DNA from: Escherichia phage vB_Eco_OMNI12
DNA: 64,000 nucleotides
Strand: one strand, 5' to 3'
Sequence record: OL362041.1
Shown here: positions 1-8,031 of the stretch, one piece after another
How the letters are laid out: each line of letters begins with the position of its first letter
How positions within the stretch are numbered: position 1 is the first letter of the stretch
Program-made: the position numbers and the translations under genes
Notes under the pieces: generated by a model
What the model saw: the letters and a program-made list of their open reading frames with translations, nothing else
The model's database searches: none
Told to the model about the DNA's origin: nothing

Positions 1-401
1 ATATACAAAATTCGCGAAAGCGATAAACCTCTGAACTTGCTTCCTTTATTACCAATAAAACTGCGCACAGAATCAGTAAATAAACGAAAACGTATATCAT
101 CATTAGAATAACGCGAAAATTCCTTTTTAATATTATCTGCGGAAATTTTAGCGTAAGCTGAAGTATTAGAAAGAACAATAACTGTTCCGCCATCATACAA
201 CCAATTAGCAGCAAAGTTAGTCACAGCAATTGATTTACCAGATTGACGCCCACCATCTAGTCGAAGTGTACAATACTGTTTAAGTAAGTCTTCAAATGGC
301 GGGATATATTCGTTTTTACAAATTTCTTCTACTCTAGCATCAGAATGGTGTGTAAAAGCATTCATCAGGGATAGATAAGGACCAGTTAAAAATGTTCTCA
401 T
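1..401 (-). CDS. P-loop NTPase-like hypothetical protein, N-terminal part only (gene runs past window start)
   Basis: Minus-strand ORF starting at ATG ~399-401 (MRTFLTGPYLSL...), Walker A-like GGRQSGKS; absent from ORF track because truncated by window edge. Confidence 0.4.
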   Translation of the reverse strand, partial: MRTFLTGPYLSLMNAFTHHSDARVEEICKNEYIPPFEDLLKQYCTLRLDGGRQSGKSIAVTNFAANWLYDGGTVIVLSNTSAYAKISADNIKKEFSRYSNDDIRFRLFTDSVRSFIGNKGSKFRGLSLSRILY

Positions 402-546
402 TTTGTTCTCTCTAGGTTTGGGCCATTCCATGGCGCATGAATTGTCCATTTCTGTATTTACCCATTACCGCACTTGGGCTCGACCTTATTACAGGTTGGC
501 GGGAATCCCTCACAGAATCATGAGGTCCAGGTTATTCCCATGTTAT

Positions 547-963
547 TTAAATGTAAATATTTTTGCCGTAATACTTATACCAGTGTGGCTTCATTAAAAT
601 TTTTTCATCGAGTCGTTGTTGACTCAACTTAATAGCTGATTTGCATGGATTATAATCATTTTTTCATTCTACTGGAATATCGCTGATGTCAGGAACTTCA
701 GTATCTTTTATACTGAACCCGCGTTTTAAGCATTCCGTTATAATGTCCGATTGACGCTTTCGCAAAAATTCTAACTTATCGTAAAAGAAAGTAACATGAC
801 CAGAACCTAAAATAAATTTAGAAGATATTTTAAAATCTTTAACGCGCTTACCGTTTGCCACATGCTTACGAACTATACCAAAAACACGCGGCAATTCACG
901 GTATTCTGCGATTAAATGTTGATCAGCAAGTTCAGATACTAAAGTCAAATTAATACGAGTCAT
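547..963 (-). pseudogene. denV: Endonuclease V (pyrimidine dimer DNA glycosylase) with in-frame TGA at codon 100; 138 codons total
   Basis: ORF track 99 aa [17 protein letters not shown]... matches T4 EndoV N-terminus; same frame continues after TGA (664-666) as KNDYNPCKSAIKLSQQRLDEKILMKPHWYKYYGKNIYI to TAA at 547-549, matching the EndoV C-terminus. Confidence 0.7.
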
Positions 964-1022
964 TTTATCCCTCCAAGTAACTGTGAATATACTATCACAA
1001 TTCTAGGAGAAAGTAAACAACT

Positions 1023-1553
<531 letters not shown>

Positions 1554-2009
1554 TTAAAAGAGGTTGTTCATTATTCGGTAAAGTGAAGGACCCATCACAT
1601 ATTGCCACTGAGTACGAGGAATAAGAGCAAAAGCATCCATCTCTGGAATCATAACGCCATCTTTATTTTCAAAATAAGACTCACAATAGCAATTTCTGAA
1701 CATCTCATGCTCTACTGGAATCGTATAATAAAATAACTGTAAGTCTTTATTACTAGAATATTTAAATACACCTAGGTCTTCTAGAAGGTCTGGATTATAA
1801 TTGCTAAAACCAGTCTCTTCTAAGCATTCTCTTCGTGCTGCATCTAGTGCGCTTAAATCAGAATTTTCTACGCGGCCCTTTGGAATATCCCAACGATGTG
1901 CCATCATTCCAGGCTTACGAGAACCAGTAACCCGACCCATAAATAAATCTTTATCTTCTGTCATAAAGATAATACCAGCTGATAATGTTTTCATTTTAAT
2001 TTCCTGCAT
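1554..2009 (-). CDS. nudE: Nudix hydrolase
   Basis: Nudix box GRVENSDLSALDAARRECLEETGF; likely true start at the internal Met MKTLSAG (ATG ending 1994) preceded by AGGAAA. Confidence 0.85.
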   Translation of the reverse strand: MQEIKMKTLSAGIIFMTEDKDLFMGRVTGSRKPGMMAHRWDIPKGRVENSDLSALDAARRECLEETGFSNYNPDLLEDLGVFKYSSNKDLQLFYYTIPVEHEMFRNCYCESYFENKDGVMIPEMDAFALIPRTQWQYVMGPSLYRIMNNLF

Positions 2010-2479
2010 TCAGTGATAAAGTTATTTAAATTTTGAGCATATTTCTTTTCATCAAAAATCTTTTGTTGTCTGCGTAACCGCCATGGCATTTCAATGAACA
2101 CACACCATATTCCGGATAATATTGCTGCAGTAAAAATATTAACAAATATAGTACAAAGAGCCCAATCTCCTATTCTGTCCATTGGATTTTTTCCAAAGAA
2201 GTAAAATACGAATGATGACGCAGGAAGACTAATGATATACCACAGAAGCATATTCTTATCCGTAAACCATTCAGCGTTCGTTAACTTAGCACGACCGTTT
2301 TGAATACATACGAACTTATCATCTGTTACAGTAAATGGCTTAGCTGCTTGATATCCCATTCTAAACTCCCTAATTAATCGTTTCTTTGTATCTTCAGAAC
2401 AGCCGCTCCAGTCAACTCTATCAACTGAAATGCCATCGTCCCCATCATCTAAATCATACCAGCGAGTTTTTAAAATCAT
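1991..2479 (-). CDS. Small membrane protein (e.x-region accessory gene), paralog family member 1
   Basis: 162 aa, hydrophobic segments; ATGA start/stop overlap with neighbours. Confidence 0.6.
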   Translation of the reverse strand: MILKTRWYDLDDGDDGISVDRVDWSGCSEDTKKRLIREFRMGYQAAKPFTVTDDKFVCIQNGRAKLTNAEWFTDKNMLLWYIISLPASSFVFYFFGKNPMDRIGDWALCTIFVNIFTAAILSGIWCVFIEMPWRLRRQQKIFDEKKYAQNLNNFITECRKLK

Positions 2480-2838
2480 TTAATTTTCCTACAATCACTC
2501 ACAAACTCTTCCATTGATTCTTTTTCAATATAAGACATGTAGTTATTATATTCTTTTAATTGTATTTTGTAATCCTTTTTTCTTTGCCAATTTATTTTAA
2601 AATTATCATAATGAAAATATAACATGGTACCAAAGAATGAAAATAATGAAATCGCTATAGTATAACAAAGCTCACTCCAAACTTCTGTTATATTTACTGT
2701 GCCGTCGATGTTTAAAATAAGACAGTCAATCATTAATCCAATAAGACTACCTGCAAGAGCTGCAAATGCTGATATGGCAAGAATTAATAGTGCCTCTGGA
2801 AACGAATATTTGACTTTATTTAGTTTTGGCTTTTGCAT
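2476..2838 (-). CDS. Small membrane protein, paralog family member 2
   Basis: 120 aa, two predicted TM helices, charged C-terminal tail. Confidence 0.6.
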   Translation of the reverse strand: MQKPKLNKVKYSFPEALLILAISAFAALAGSLIGLMIDCLILNIDGTVNITEVWSELCYTIAISLFSFFGTMLYFHYDNFKINWQRKKDYKIQLKEYNNYMSYIEKESMEEFVSDCRKIK

Positions 2839-3233
2839 CGTGATTCCTTAACAAATTTCATAATTTCATTAAATTCATACGCAGCAAGTTTAAGCTGATG
2901 TTCCTTTTTAATCTTTTTACACTGAGCTTTCCATTCGCGTACGCGTTTACGATAATGTCTTCCTTGATACCAGTATCCTACCCAATTTACAGGTACTAAT
3001 AAAAATGGAACTACTAATGGAAGAATTAATACTAACAGAAATACTGCGTCTGATTCAATATCAGTAGTAACATCTATAACTATTCCAATAATCATTAGGA
3101 TTATAAATGATACAGCTGTCACAGGACCTACTAATACATCAGTAGGAATTAGCTGGCGCTTTAATTCATACTTCAACGGTTTACTTGGAAGGTATAGTGA
3201 TGGTTTTGACATATTCTCTACATTCCTTAACAA
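2820..3233 (-). CDS. Small membrane protein, paralog family member 3
   Basis: 137 aa, two predicted TM helices, basic C-terminal tail. Confidence 0.6.
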   Translation of the reverse strand: MLRNVENMSKPSLYLPSKPLKYELKRQLIPTDVLVGPVTAVSFIILMIIGIVIDVTTDIESDAVFLLVLILPLVVPFLLVPVNWVGYWYQGRHYRKRVREWKAQCKKIKKEHQLKLAAYEFNEIMKFVKESRCKSQN

Positions 3234-3795
3234 ATTTTTCTAGTAATAAATCGCTTTCAAAATTGGGATTTTCTACGAATTTATCAAAAAGATCATCAAC
3301 AATAGTTAAGATATTCTTTTTACTAAGAATACGTTTATTTTCATGCTTCGTTTCAGAATCAACTATAAGAGTAAAGAAATATTTCTTGCCCTGAAATTTT
3401 ACAGTAGTATCAATATAAAATAAATTTGACTTTTGTAAATTACGTTTAAACCATGCGTCACTTAAACTATAAACACCGAGATAATCAAAATCGTCGTTTA
3501 AATAACAAACCGTCCATTCAGGAGAAATGAAATCAGTAAATTCAACATCAAAATCACACGTCAATGAATGAATTGATTCAATACTGTTAATGAGTATTCC
3601 AGGACGTATTAAAGACTTTTTACCTCTAGAAAATCTTCCGGAAAGGCTTTCATCAGTTTCATATGAAGACCCCCAATAGTAATTACGTCCTTCTGCCATG
3701 CGTTTAAGAGCATTTAGTAATTGGTCTGGAACATCAACCTGTCTTTGGAACTCTTCAAACATTGAATTGAAATCACTTTGCATTTTCATTTTCAT
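3181..3795 (-). CDS. Hypothetical protein
   Basis: 204 aa ORF; start among MKMKM ATGs preceded by GGAG. Confidence 0.6.
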   Translation of the reverse strand: MKMKMQSDFNSMFEEFQRQVDVPDQLLNALKRMAEGRNYYWGSSYETDESLSGRFSRGKKSLIRPGILINSIESIHSLTCDFDVEFTDFISPEWTVCYLNDDFDYLGVYSLSDAWFKRNLQKSNLFYIDTTVKFQGKKYFFTLIVDSETKHENKRILSKKNILTIVDDLFDKFVENPNFESDLLLEKFVKECREYVKTITIPSK

Positions 3796-3811
3796 TCCTA
3801 TTTACTCCAGT

Positions 3812-3833
3812 ATAAGGGGCCGAAGCCCCTTAT
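3812..3833 (-). terminator. Intergenic GC-rich stem-loop (GGGGC-UUCG-GCCCC); terminator or RNA-stability hairpin
   Basis: ataaggggccgaagccccttat immediately after stop of 3836..4429. Confidence 0.45.
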
Positions 3834-3835
3834 CA

Positions 3836-4429
3836 TTATTTCAGAGAATTAATGTATTCCTGAACATCGGCAGAGGTAGTTTCAACCCCAGAAATATTAC
3901 CGTTAAAGGTTTCAACTCGAGCAAGGGTATCTTCAATATCAACCTTAGTCAGTGCTGCAATTTCAACTACATCATCAGCAGTACTAATTCCAAGGGCATT
4001 TGCTGCACGAGTTTCACGGATATATTCCAATTTAACCGCAAGTTCTTGACGAGCATCATCTAACTCAACTACTTTCTTGGCGATTTCAATTCGCATTTCA
4101 GCATAACCGTCAGCCTTAGTAGTCAACTGCTCAGCTGTTCGACGATATAGTAAACCGAGTTTAGCATGCATTGTTACATCTTGGCCTTCGGAAAGAAGTT
4201 TACGAATTTCACGCTCTTTTGATTCGGCCTGTCGATTCTTTTCGATAACAAGTTCACGAATACGTTTTTCTTCGTTAATAGATTTAACAGAAGCAGTTTT
4301 TAGATCTTTAATTTTATCAAGTAGTTTTGCTGCTGCAGCAGTATACTGTTCTTCGACAGATAGATTTTTAGCCATAGCAGAACCAAGTTTAGTGCGAATA
4401 AACTCAACAATTTTCTTCAGTGTGTTCAT
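3836..4429 (-). CDS. Coiled-coil hypothetical protein
   Basis: 197 aa, heptad-rich charged sequence; RBS AAGGAAA upstream of ATG. Confidence 0.6.
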   Translation of the reverse strand: MNTLKKIVEFIRTKLGSAMAKNLSVEEQYTAAAAKLLDKIKDLKTASVKSINEEKRIRELVIEKNRQAESKEREIRKLLSEGQDVTMHAKLGLLYRRTAEQLTTKADGYAEMRIEIAKKVVELDDARQELAVKLEYIRETRAANALGISTADDVVEIAALTKVDIEDTLARVETFNGNISGVETTSADVQEYINSLK

Positions 4430-4489
4430 AGTATTTCCTTAGGTTAATTGAGATTTAAAATCCGTAGGAGTATAATACTCTATCGTCAA

Positions 4490-4530
4490 ATTATAGGCTC
4501 ATAATATCTCAATCATGAGCCTGCGTAAAC
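4490..4530 (-). promoter_or_regulatory. Early-type promoter candidate (-35 GTTTAC, -10 TATTAT/TATAAT) with internal inverted repeat
   Basis: Minus strand GTTTACGCAGGCTCATGATTGAGATATTATGAGCCTATAAT; inverted repeat AGGCTCAT/ATGAGCCT between the elements. Confidence 0.4.
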
Positions 4531-4794
4531 TTATTTCATATTATTGAAATATTCTTCTGCGATTTCGTCGTTATCATGGTAAACTTTAGAAGACAGTTTA
4601 ACATAACCTTCTGCTGTGAACATATTAATCACAACTTTTACAGTATACCACTGACCGTCTTCATTACCCATTACTGCGTAAGTTTCAAACATCGGATGAT
4701 CAGGACCGATAACTTTAATATCATTCACTGTACGACCGAAATCTTCTGAAACGCATTTCATAAAGAAGTTGAACAGTTCGCCGTAATTATCCAT
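4531..4794 (-). CDS. Hypothetical small protein (start moved to internal Met)
   Basis: ORF track 4531..4914; a promoter-like element lies inside the 5' extension and GGAG RBS precedes MDNYGELFNFF. Confidence 0.5.
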   Translation of the reverse strand: MDNYGELFNFFMKCVSEDFGRTVNDIKVIGPDHPMFETYAVMGNEDGQWYTVKVVINMFTAEGYVKLSSKVYHDNDEIAEEYFNNMK

Positions 4795-4837
4795 TTCATT
4801 CTCCAAGTTGTTTTCTGTATCAGTAGTTGATAGTTGT

Positions 4838-4880
4838 ATAGTACCATGGAAGAACAGAGATGTAAACAGTTTTGTGAAAA
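4838..4880 (-). promoter_or_regulatory. Early-type promoter candidate (-35 GTTTAC, 18-nt spacer, -10 TACTAT, upstream TTTCACAAAA)
   Basis: Minus strand TTTTTCACAAAACTGTTTACATCTCTGTTCTTCCATGGTACTATAC; same architecture as the repeats at 9.4-10.1 kb. Confidence 0.45.
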
Positions 4881-5023
4881 AATTTTTAGGGAATTCTAGG
4901 GCAGGGATGGGCAATTAAAGGATAGGATAATATATTATAAAGGGTATAAACTAAATGATGCCTAGAGAGGTCCAGAAAGGCCTAGATACCAAAAAGCCCT
5001 ATCATTTAGATAGGGATTTAAAA

Positions 5024-5587
5024 TTATTTACCTAGTTTACTTATTATAGCTTCTGCAGCAGCTTTTAGCTTAGATGCAGTGTTAATACGATTTTTAATTT
5101 CAGTATACGCATCGCCAAGAACATCAAGGCTATCAGAATAAACACTTACACTATTGCGTTCGCTATTTGAAATAGAACCTTTAGTTTTGCGGTCAAAATC
5201 GGTGTACACGTCTTGAAGATCGCGGGCTGCCTTCTTTGCATCATCCAATGCATCAAGAGCTTTATTCAAAGCATTAACGTATTTTTTAGTGTCGAACATA
5301 TTCTTAGAAATTTTAACAGGTGCGCGTTCAGGAGTAGCTAACACAGATTTAGGAACCTGAGCGCCAGATGCCAATTTCTTAGAAATTTTGAAAAATGCTT
5401 TATTGAATTTATTTTCTTGACTCATTGTAAAAGAACTATTATCGATGTTGTACATTTCAATAGCTTTAGCTTTCCACTTAAGAAAATCGCCGCGGTCTTT
5501 TGGGTCCAATTGGAAGAATACTTTAGTAAGATCTGCTTCAGATGGTAATTTTGCTGCTTCGGTTAAAAATTCGGCATAGGTTTTCAT
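5024..5587 (-). CDS. Internal-protein-like capsid-packaged protein (N-terminal CTS-like MKTYAEFLTE)
   Basis: 187 aa; N-terminus fits T4 internal-protein capsid targeting consensus; RBS AAGGA upstream. Confidence 0.6.
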   Translation of the reverse strand: MKTYAEFLTEAAKLPSEADLTKVFFQLDPKDRGDFLKWKAKAIEMYNIDNSSFTMSQENKFNKAFFKISKKLASGAQVPKSVLATPERAPVKISKNMFDTKKYVNALNKALDALDDAKKAARDLQDVYTDFDRKTKGSISNSERNSVSVYSDSLDVLGDAYTEIKNRINTASKLKAAAEAIISKLGK

Positions 5588-5675
5588 TTAAAATCCTTGA
5601 AATAATTTATCGGTTGGTTATTAATTATTTATTACTTTGTTACTATCCGTAACAGCGTTATCCGAGTGATTCAAA

Positions 5676-5704
5676 CTAAAAAGCCCCAACCTTTCGGTCG
5701 GGGC
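5676..5704 (-). terminator. Intrinsic terminator (GCCCCGACC-GAAA-GGUUGGGGC followed by UUUUU)
   Basis: Sequence aaaaagccccaacctttcggtcggggctaag; identical copy at 6235-6261. Confidence 0.7.
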
Positions 5705-5712
5705 TAAGAATG

Positions 5713-6186
5713 TCATTTGATTTGTTTAGCAGACCAAATGCGGTCTTTAATAATTTTTTGGATGTCTTCAACATACTCAAGAGAGTGAACATGTGGATTA
5801 TCTTTGAAACTATAAGCACGGGCTAACTTTTGGCCTTCGGTTTTGATTACTAAAAGCTCTTTAAGGATAGCTTCATATTTAGCGATAATTCCTTTAACGA
5901 TATTTTTTTCTTGTGCCGCTTTAGGATCTGCTTTAGGAGCAGGTTTACCCGAAGCCTTTGCAAAAGCAGCGCCAGTAGCAACTAAACTTTTCCAGGCCAT
6001 ACTAACTGCATTTCCCGTAAATCCTTCCGCTTTCATGTCGCGTGCAAACTGGAATCGCGATTCATCAGAAGCATCTTTATAGGAATATTTACCCGCGGCA
6101 ATGGCAGCTTTTGCAACAGCTTGAATTTCGGTGCTAGATGCTTCATTTAACACCGCTTCATTTAAAAATTGAGTATATGATTTCAT
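5713..6186 (-). CDS. Internal-protein-like capsid-packaged protein (N-terminal CTS-like MKSYTQFLNE)
   Basis: ORF track 5713..6363 runs through the terminator and tRNA-like region; true start taken at internal ATG with RBS AGGAAA. Confidence 0.6.
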   Translation of the reverse strand: MKSYTQFLNEAVLNEASSTEIQAVAKAAIAAGKYSYKDASDESRFQFARDMKAEGFTGNAVSMAWKSLVATGAAFAKASGKPAPKADPKAAQEKNIVKGIIAKYEAILKELLVIKTEGQKLARAYSFKDNPHVHSLEYVEDIQKIIKDRIWSAKQIK

Positions 6187-6234
6187 CTTATTTCCTGTTT
6201 TAATTTGTAGATTTAATATACTAATATTTATACC

Positions 6235-6261
6235 AAAAAGCCCCAACCTTTCGGTCGGGGC
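6235..6261 (-). terminator. Intrinsic terminator, second identical copy
   Basis: Identical hairpin plus U-run; ends the tRNA/stable-RNA transcription unit. Confidence 0.7.
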
Positions 6262-6265
6262 TAAG

Positions 6266-6578
6266 CCTTGCGGCAACCTTGTCGGGGTTCCACCTGCTAA
6301 GACAAGTGTTTGTACGAAACGCCGGGATTCGAACCCGGTTATTAAGTAGTTGACGCTACTCAATATTTTTAAAAGGCCATATCTCGACCATATCCGAACG
6401 TTCCGTCAAAAACGCTACTCGGCTTACGGCAAAGATATTTCCTCGAATCGATAATTCGGTGCGCCGTTTCTGCTGTGGTGTAAGAGGGCATCAACAAATC
6501 ATAAAGATTTATTAACGCAATTCCTTACCCAGGGAACATCAGTCCGACGACTTACCGGTAGCGACCCGGTTTCTTGTC
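6266..6578 (-). ncRNA. Candidate small stable RNA region (position of T4 species 1 / species 2 RNAs), includes tRNA-like element ~6314-6405
   Basis: Non-coding stretch between tRNA-Arg and terminator; T-arm-like CCGGGTTCGAATCCCGG with pairing acceptor-like ends CGGAACG / CGTTTCG. Confidence 0.4.
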
Positions 6579-6655
<77 letters not shown>

Positions 6656-6658
6656 TAA

Positions 6659-7324
6659 TTAAAATTTCATTTTTCGACCTTTAAACCATCCTTCTGGAAT
6701 TGGGTCAGTTTTCTTAATACGTTTAGAAACTTTTTCATCTAATGAATGAATCCACATCATACCAAATTGGGAATTCTTTTCACCTTGTTGGTGTTTATTT
6801 TTGGCGTGAGATTCTTTCATTTTATTAATAGTTTCAAGAGTATGGGTCTTACCCAAGAAAGATTTAATATTTAAAAATTTCTCTCTATACTTAGGATTAT
6901 CCCAAAGCTGTTTAAACCTTTCTGAACCCATTTTACGATATTTTTCTTTAAGGTCTGGGTCGTTCTCAAATCTGGTTTTAAAAGCAGCAGCCCCTTTTAA
7001 GGAAGCTTCTTTCTTTTTATCCAAATATTCTTTAGTGTTTAAATGGTCCCAACCACCTTCACCACCTAATTTCAAATTATAAACATCAGGGCGCTTTAAA
7101 AACTCTTCAGTCACAATATTCTTTTCTGACTCAAACATAGAGGTTTTATCGTCAAAGAACTCTAATATTTCTTTAGAGAAATTTTCTATACCATACTTGT
7201 CTTGGGCTCTTTTTAATAATTTACCAGAACCCATATATCCATCATCTAAATTTTCGGTAGAATGAGCGCCTATATAGATTTTATTATTAATTTTATTTGT
7301 TATTTTATAAGTGTAATGGAACAT
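6659..7324 (-). CDS. segB: GIY-YIG homing endonuclease (SegB-like) inside the tRNA cluster
   Basis: 221 aa; N-terminal YKITNKINNKIYIGAH...GYMGSG GIY-YIG motif; same position as T4 segB. Confidence 0.8.
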   Translation of the reverse strand: MFHYTYKITNKINNKIYIGAHSTENLDDGYMGSGKLLKRAQDKYGIENFSKEILEFFDDKTSMFESEKNIVTEEFLKRPDVYNLKLGGEGGWDHLNTKEYLDKKKEASLKGAAAFKTRFENDPDLKEKYRKMGSERFKQLWDNPKYREKFLNIKSFLGKTHTLETINKMKESHAKNKHQQGEKNSQFGMMWIHSLDEKVSKRIKKTDPIPEGWFKGRKMKF

Positions 7325-7365
7325 AAATATCTCCTATTTCTAAGAGTATTTATGTTCCCAAAATA

Positions 7366-7437
7366 TGGCCCTGGGTGGAATTGAACCACCATCTGGCGAT
7401 TATGAGTCGCTTGCTTGAACCTTCCAGCTACAGGGCC
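7366..7437 (-). tRNA. tRNA-Ile (anticodon CAU, presumably lysidine-modified)
   Basis: Acceptor GGCCCUG, anticodon loop CUCAUAA, T-loop GGUUCAAUUCC. Confidence 0.8.
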
Positions 7438-7443
7438 TTGATA

Positions 7444-7516
7444 TGCTGATTGACGGAATCGAACCGCCGACATCCTCATTACAAGTGAGGTGCTCTACCT
7501 ACTGAGCTAAATCAGC
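7444..7516 (-). tRNA. tRNA-Thr (anticodon UGU)
   Basis: Anticodon arm CCUCA-CUUGUAA-UGAGG, T-loop UUCGAUU. Confidence 0.85.
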
Positions 7517-7523
7517 GAAATTA

Positions 7524-7610
7524 CGGAGGCGATAGGATTTGAACCTATGAGTCACCGGAGCGACTGCCGGTTTTCAAGACCGGTGCATTAAACCACTCTG
7601 CCACGCCTCC
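7524..7610 (-). tRNA. tRNA-Ser (anticodon UGA), long variable arm
   Basis: 87 nt; acceptor GGAGGCG, anticodon loop CUUGAAA. Confidence 0.85.
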
Positions 7611-7612
7611 AG

Positions 7613-7686
7613 TCTCCGCGGCAGGATTTGAACCTGCGACATTCTGCTCCCAAAGCAGACGCTCTACCAAACTGAGCTACACGGAG
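7613..7686 (-). tRNA. tRNA-Pro (anticodon UGG)
   Basis: Anticodon arm UCUGC-UUUGGGA-GCAGA, T-loop GGUUCAAAUCC. Confidence 0.85.
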
Positions 7687-7698
7687 TAAATTAAATTT

Positions 7699-7770
<72 letters not shown>

Positions 7771-7776
7771 AAACTT

Positions 7777-7863
7777 TGGTACGAGAAGTGGGACTCGAAC
7801 CCACAAGGAAATCATTCCGCAGCATTTTAAGTGCTGTGCCTTTACCAATTTGACCATTCTCGC
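7777..7863 (-). tRNA. tRNA-Leu (anticodon UAA), CCA encoded
   Basis: 87 nt, long variable arm; anticodon arm CAGCA-CUUAAAA-UGCUG. Confidence 0.85.
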
Positions 7864-7864
7864 G

Positions 7865-7937
7865 CTGGGAATAAAGGACTCGAACCTTTGCATCTAGCAG
7901 TCAAAGTGCTATGCCTTACCAACTTGGCTAATTCCCA
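7865..7937 (-). tRNA. tRNA-Gln (anticodon UUG)
   Basis: Acceptor UGGGAAU, anticodon loop CUUUGAC; directly abuts tRNA-Leu. Confidence 0.85.
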
Positions 7938-8006
7938 ATTATTAACAAAGGCTCTCAGGAAAGAACCCTTGATGATAGAGGGTATTAATCAGTGCGATAT
8001 GAGTTA

Positions 8007-8031
8007 ATAATAACACATAATTCTTAAAGCA
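8007..8031 (-). promoter_or_regulatory. Candidate middle promoter (MotA-box-like TGCTTTA, 12 nt, -10 TATTAT) upstream of the tRNA cluster
   Basis: Minus strand ATTTGCTTTAAGAATTATGTGTTATTAT ~70 nt upstream of tRNA-Gln. Confidence 0.3.

Noticed and set aside
547-700. denV first looked like a frameshift (99-aa ORF followed by an EndoV-like C-terminus that seemed to be in another frame)
   Set aside because: Recounting the homopolymer run showed the C-terminal codons are in the same frame; the interruption is a single in-frame TGA, not a frameshift.
1991-3795. Shared C-terminal CRK(L/I)K tails in consecutive small proteins as a possible functional peptide motif
   Set aside because: The motif is encoded by the RBS (AGGAAA) and overlapping start/stop of the next gene, so its conservation is explained at the DNA level and need not reflect protein function.
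3836-4429. Coiled-coil 197-aa protein as a PspA/IM30-like membrane-stress protein
   Set aside because: Resemblance is limited to generic charged heptad character and one short shared peptide; not enough to call without a profile search.
5713-6363. ORF-track 216-aa protein spanning 5713..6363
   Set aside because: Its first ~59 codons read through an intrinsic terminator hairpin and a tRNA-like element; the real gene starts at the internal ATG (6184-6186) with an RBS.
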